Shown here piece after piece: positions 60,978-64,000 of a DNA stretch of 64,000 nucleotides (the first letter of the stretch is position 1; each line of letters begins with the position of its first letter). The notes below the pieces were generated by a model, which saw nothing but the letters and a program-made list of their open reading frames with translations, was not told the origin of the DNA and ran no database searches. This stretch comes from Eledone cirrhosa (lineage: Eukaryota), in NCBI GenBank assembly GCA_964016885.1, contig OZ024742.1, forward strand, positions 326,306,001 through 326,370,000. Reading direction: 5' to 3'. Position numbers and translations under genes: made by a program.

Positions 60978-61081
<104 letters not shown>

Positions 61082-61505
61082 CCCCTGGTCACTTTGTTTA
61101 TTTAATATATCGTACCATATATATATATCTTGCTCTACACAAACACCATACATCTATTTTTTTAAATTTGCTTCCTCTCGTTCTGCCTCAGTTTCTTTTT
61201 TATTTATCTTTCTTCCTCATTCTAGCTTTCTATCTCTTAGACTTTCCCTCACCTCTCTCCTCCCTAATTCCTCCCTCATTCCTCCATCTCATCCCTCTTT
61301 CCTCTTTCTCTCTTACTCTCTCTTTATCTTTATCTCTCTCTCACTCTCTTTTCTTTATCTCTATCTTTCTTTTACGACATGGCACCTATTGTAATACGTC
61401 CGATATAAAACATTGTTTTCTTTTTCTTTTCCTCCCTCTCAGCCTTTCCACAACACTCCTTTATCTATCGATGTGTCTCTTTTTCTCTTTCTCTCTCTCT
61501 CTTTC

Positions 61506-61593
<88 letters not shown>

Positions 61594-61597
<4 letters not shown>

Positions 61598-61747
61598 AAA
61601 ATGTATGACCCCGACGGCAGAGCTCAAGCCGTTTCGACGGCTATTTCCAGAAATACATTTTCTTTTCCTATTACCCACCCTACTACCCTAAGTACTGAGT
61701 ACTCCGGTGCGTTATGGTCCATCTGGTTCCTTACCACAACTCCTTCG

Positions 61748-61750
<3 letters not shown>
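61594..61750. mobile_element. Family G element with an internally deleted right arm plus tail
   Basis: Left arm matches 29307-29362; tail matches 29417-29496. Confidence 0.78.
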
Positions 61751-61798
<48 letters not shown>

Positions 61799-62519
61799 AA
61801 TTTTAGTACAGCATTAACGAAGAGTTAGGTTGCGGCCAAGCTAACGAATGCAAATTCTATATGTAGCTTTAGCACCCGATAGGGAATAGTACCCCAGAGT
61901 AATAACAATACGTTTAGACAGCTTTGCAAATCAAATATAGCGATCGGCAGTCCAGCCGCATTGCCATAGCAACGAAAATGGTTGGACCCAGGAAAAGATT
62001 TTAGACTGACCTGGACATATATATATTCCTATTGTAATACAACCGCCATTATAGAATGTGTACTTGGCTTCCTTCTTTCCTTGTTCCTTGGCGTCTCATT
62101 GTCGTATAAATACATATACTCTCTAAAGTATCACCATCCACTTCTGTAACAAACGTCTGTCATTGTCATCACTAGACTTATAGAAATACTATCGATCTTT
62201 CAGACGAATGCAATGAACCGTGGACTGCCGAGTGCAGATGGAGAATTTAATTTACATTCAATTGATCTTTGTGGCTCTTATTTTATTGCTGCTGTTGTTG
62301 TTATTGTTTTCGACGTCTTTGCCCTTTGCTGTTAATGATGAAGAGTATGACGATGATGACTACGATGAGACTGATGTTGTAGATGATGATGAAAACGAGG
62401 GCGAGCATGGTGTTGCAAACACACCGTATTTAGAACTATCTTGTAGTAATTCTAATAGTTGAGAGGCAACAGAGCATTACGTTCACTAGCCACCAGTGTC
62501 ATTTCATCATCATAATAAT

Positions 62520-62984
62520 AATTGCTTCTACTTTTTGCACAAGGCCAGCAATTATTCCAATACATTACTGGTACTTTATTTTATCAAGCCCGTAAGGATG
62601 AAAGGCAAAGTTAACCTCGGCGGGATTTGAACTCAGAACGTAAAGGGCCATAACTCTATGCTGTAAAGCATGATGTGTGACGCTCTACCGATGCTGCGAA
62701 TTCACCGCCCATCATCATAATAATAATTGTTTCTACTTTTGACACAAGCCAGCAATTATCCCAGTGCATAAATGGTACTTTATTTTATCAACCCCGTAAG
62801 GATAAAAGGCAAAATTAACCTCGGCGGGATTTGAACTCAGATCATCATCATAATGGTCTCTGATTTAGGCATAAGGCCAACAATCTGGGGGAAGGGAATG
62901 TCGACTAAATTGATCCCAGTGCGTTACTGGTACTTCATTTCATCAACCTCCATAAAGATGAAAGGCTAAGCGGGATTTGAACTC
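62520..62984 (-). mobile_element. Three tandem tRNA-derived SINEs (one full, two 5'-truncated)
   Basis: Copies at 62520-62710, 62725-62841 and about 62855-62984. Confidence 0.82.
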
Positions 62985-63553
62985 GATATTTTCCCTTCGG
63001 CACTGATGTGGATTTTATTCGATCCGGCAAGCGAATAATGGTTTAATGTGGAGGAATATCTCACCATTGACAATAGCCCAGTTATCTACTTTTGATTCCT
63101 TCAACTCGAGGAGGGTGTTATTCCCCTCAAGGACCACGCAGACCAGGGTCCACCAGATATACAACTCTGGCGCGATTCATGCAATTGTGACCTTTACTTC
63201 CTTCCTCCTTGGCACGCCGGATTGAGTATGAATTAGTCTGTCTGGCCGGGAACATAGAAGTTTTCTCAGCCAGGGCTTCACTCTTTAAGAGCACTGAAAT
63301 TGTACCATCTGTTGGCCTAAAGTATAAAGACATTGGGGACAGTACAAAGATAAATAACACAGGGTAATTACAACGAGTAAAGGGAAAACAGTTGGCATAA
63401 CAATAACAGTAACTGTATTAAATAGACATGATGTCTATGCAAACATCTTCAATATAACACGGGAGAAGGATGCTACTTCTTCTCTACCTTCATTTTCATC
63501 CTAGTATGCTACTTGAAGAAGTTGATTGTGGCTTGCCTGGAGAGTATAATAAT

Positions 63554-63735
63554 AATTGTTTCTACTTTTGGCACAAGGCCAGCAATTACCCATGTGAATT
63601 ACTGGTGCTTTATTTTATCGACCCCGTAAGGATGCAAGGCAAAGTTAACCTCGGCGATATTTGAACTCAGAACTTAAAGGACCATAACTCTATACTGCAA
63701 AGCATTGTGTCTGATGCTCCACCGATTCTGCCAAT
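63554..63735 (-). mobile_element. tRNA-derived SINE, major family
   Basis: Match to the family consensus. Confidence 0.83.
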
Positions 63736-64000
63736 AATACAAATAATCCAAAGTGAAATACAAAAAACAAAATCAAAATTAAGTCAATGAGCCTCTTGTA
63801 AACTACATATTATGGAAGGACAGACGGTTGACTATAACAATTCATCAAATTTGTAATGTGGCATGAATGATATGAAGCTGTGTTATTTCGAGTCTCTTAA
63901 ACGAAATATTGAAGTTGAGTACATATTAGATATGTTATTCATGGGGCACAATATTTAATATTGCTGGAAGGGAAAAGAGATATTTCGTTAAATATGAGTG

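Noticed and set aside
62220-62462. ORF with a hydrophobic stretch and acidic tail resembling a secreted peptide
   Set aside because: Built from decayed (TTG)n and (GAT)n repeats.
63127-63360. 77-aa minus-strand ORF behind an acceptor-like tttag
   Set aside because: No recognisable homology or partner exon; cannot be supported without RNA data.

Overview
AT-rich, microsatellite-saturated eukaryotic DNA, probably intronic or intergenic. The SINE types and (TA)n/(CA)n density suggest a coleoid cephalopod such as Octopus; this is inference. No intact host protein-coding gene is visible, and almost all listed ORFs are microsatellite artefacts. Recognisable mobile DNA: a 3.1-kb 5'-truncated Tx1/L1-clade LINE, RTE-like and CRE-like LINE remnants, about 20 tRNA-derived SINE copies, and a hAT MITE with an 8-bp TSD that carries a 35-bp minisatellite. 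The main result is a dense set of short, mutually dissimilar elements sitting in (TA)n tracts. At least 8 families carry a minimal type-I hammerhead ribozyme motif (CUGANGA, stem II, GAAA, usually palindromic stem III, NUH). Many are inserted as fold-back palindromes with a one-sided tail that shares an ACTC..GAGT(R)C motif. One copy keeps the C-terminal half of a GIY-YIG-like endonuclease, linking the set to Penelope-like elements (PLEs). One family is a terminally redundant ~480-nt retrozyme-like unit, and one has a compensatory U3:A8 core. All structures were read by eye; none has been tested.
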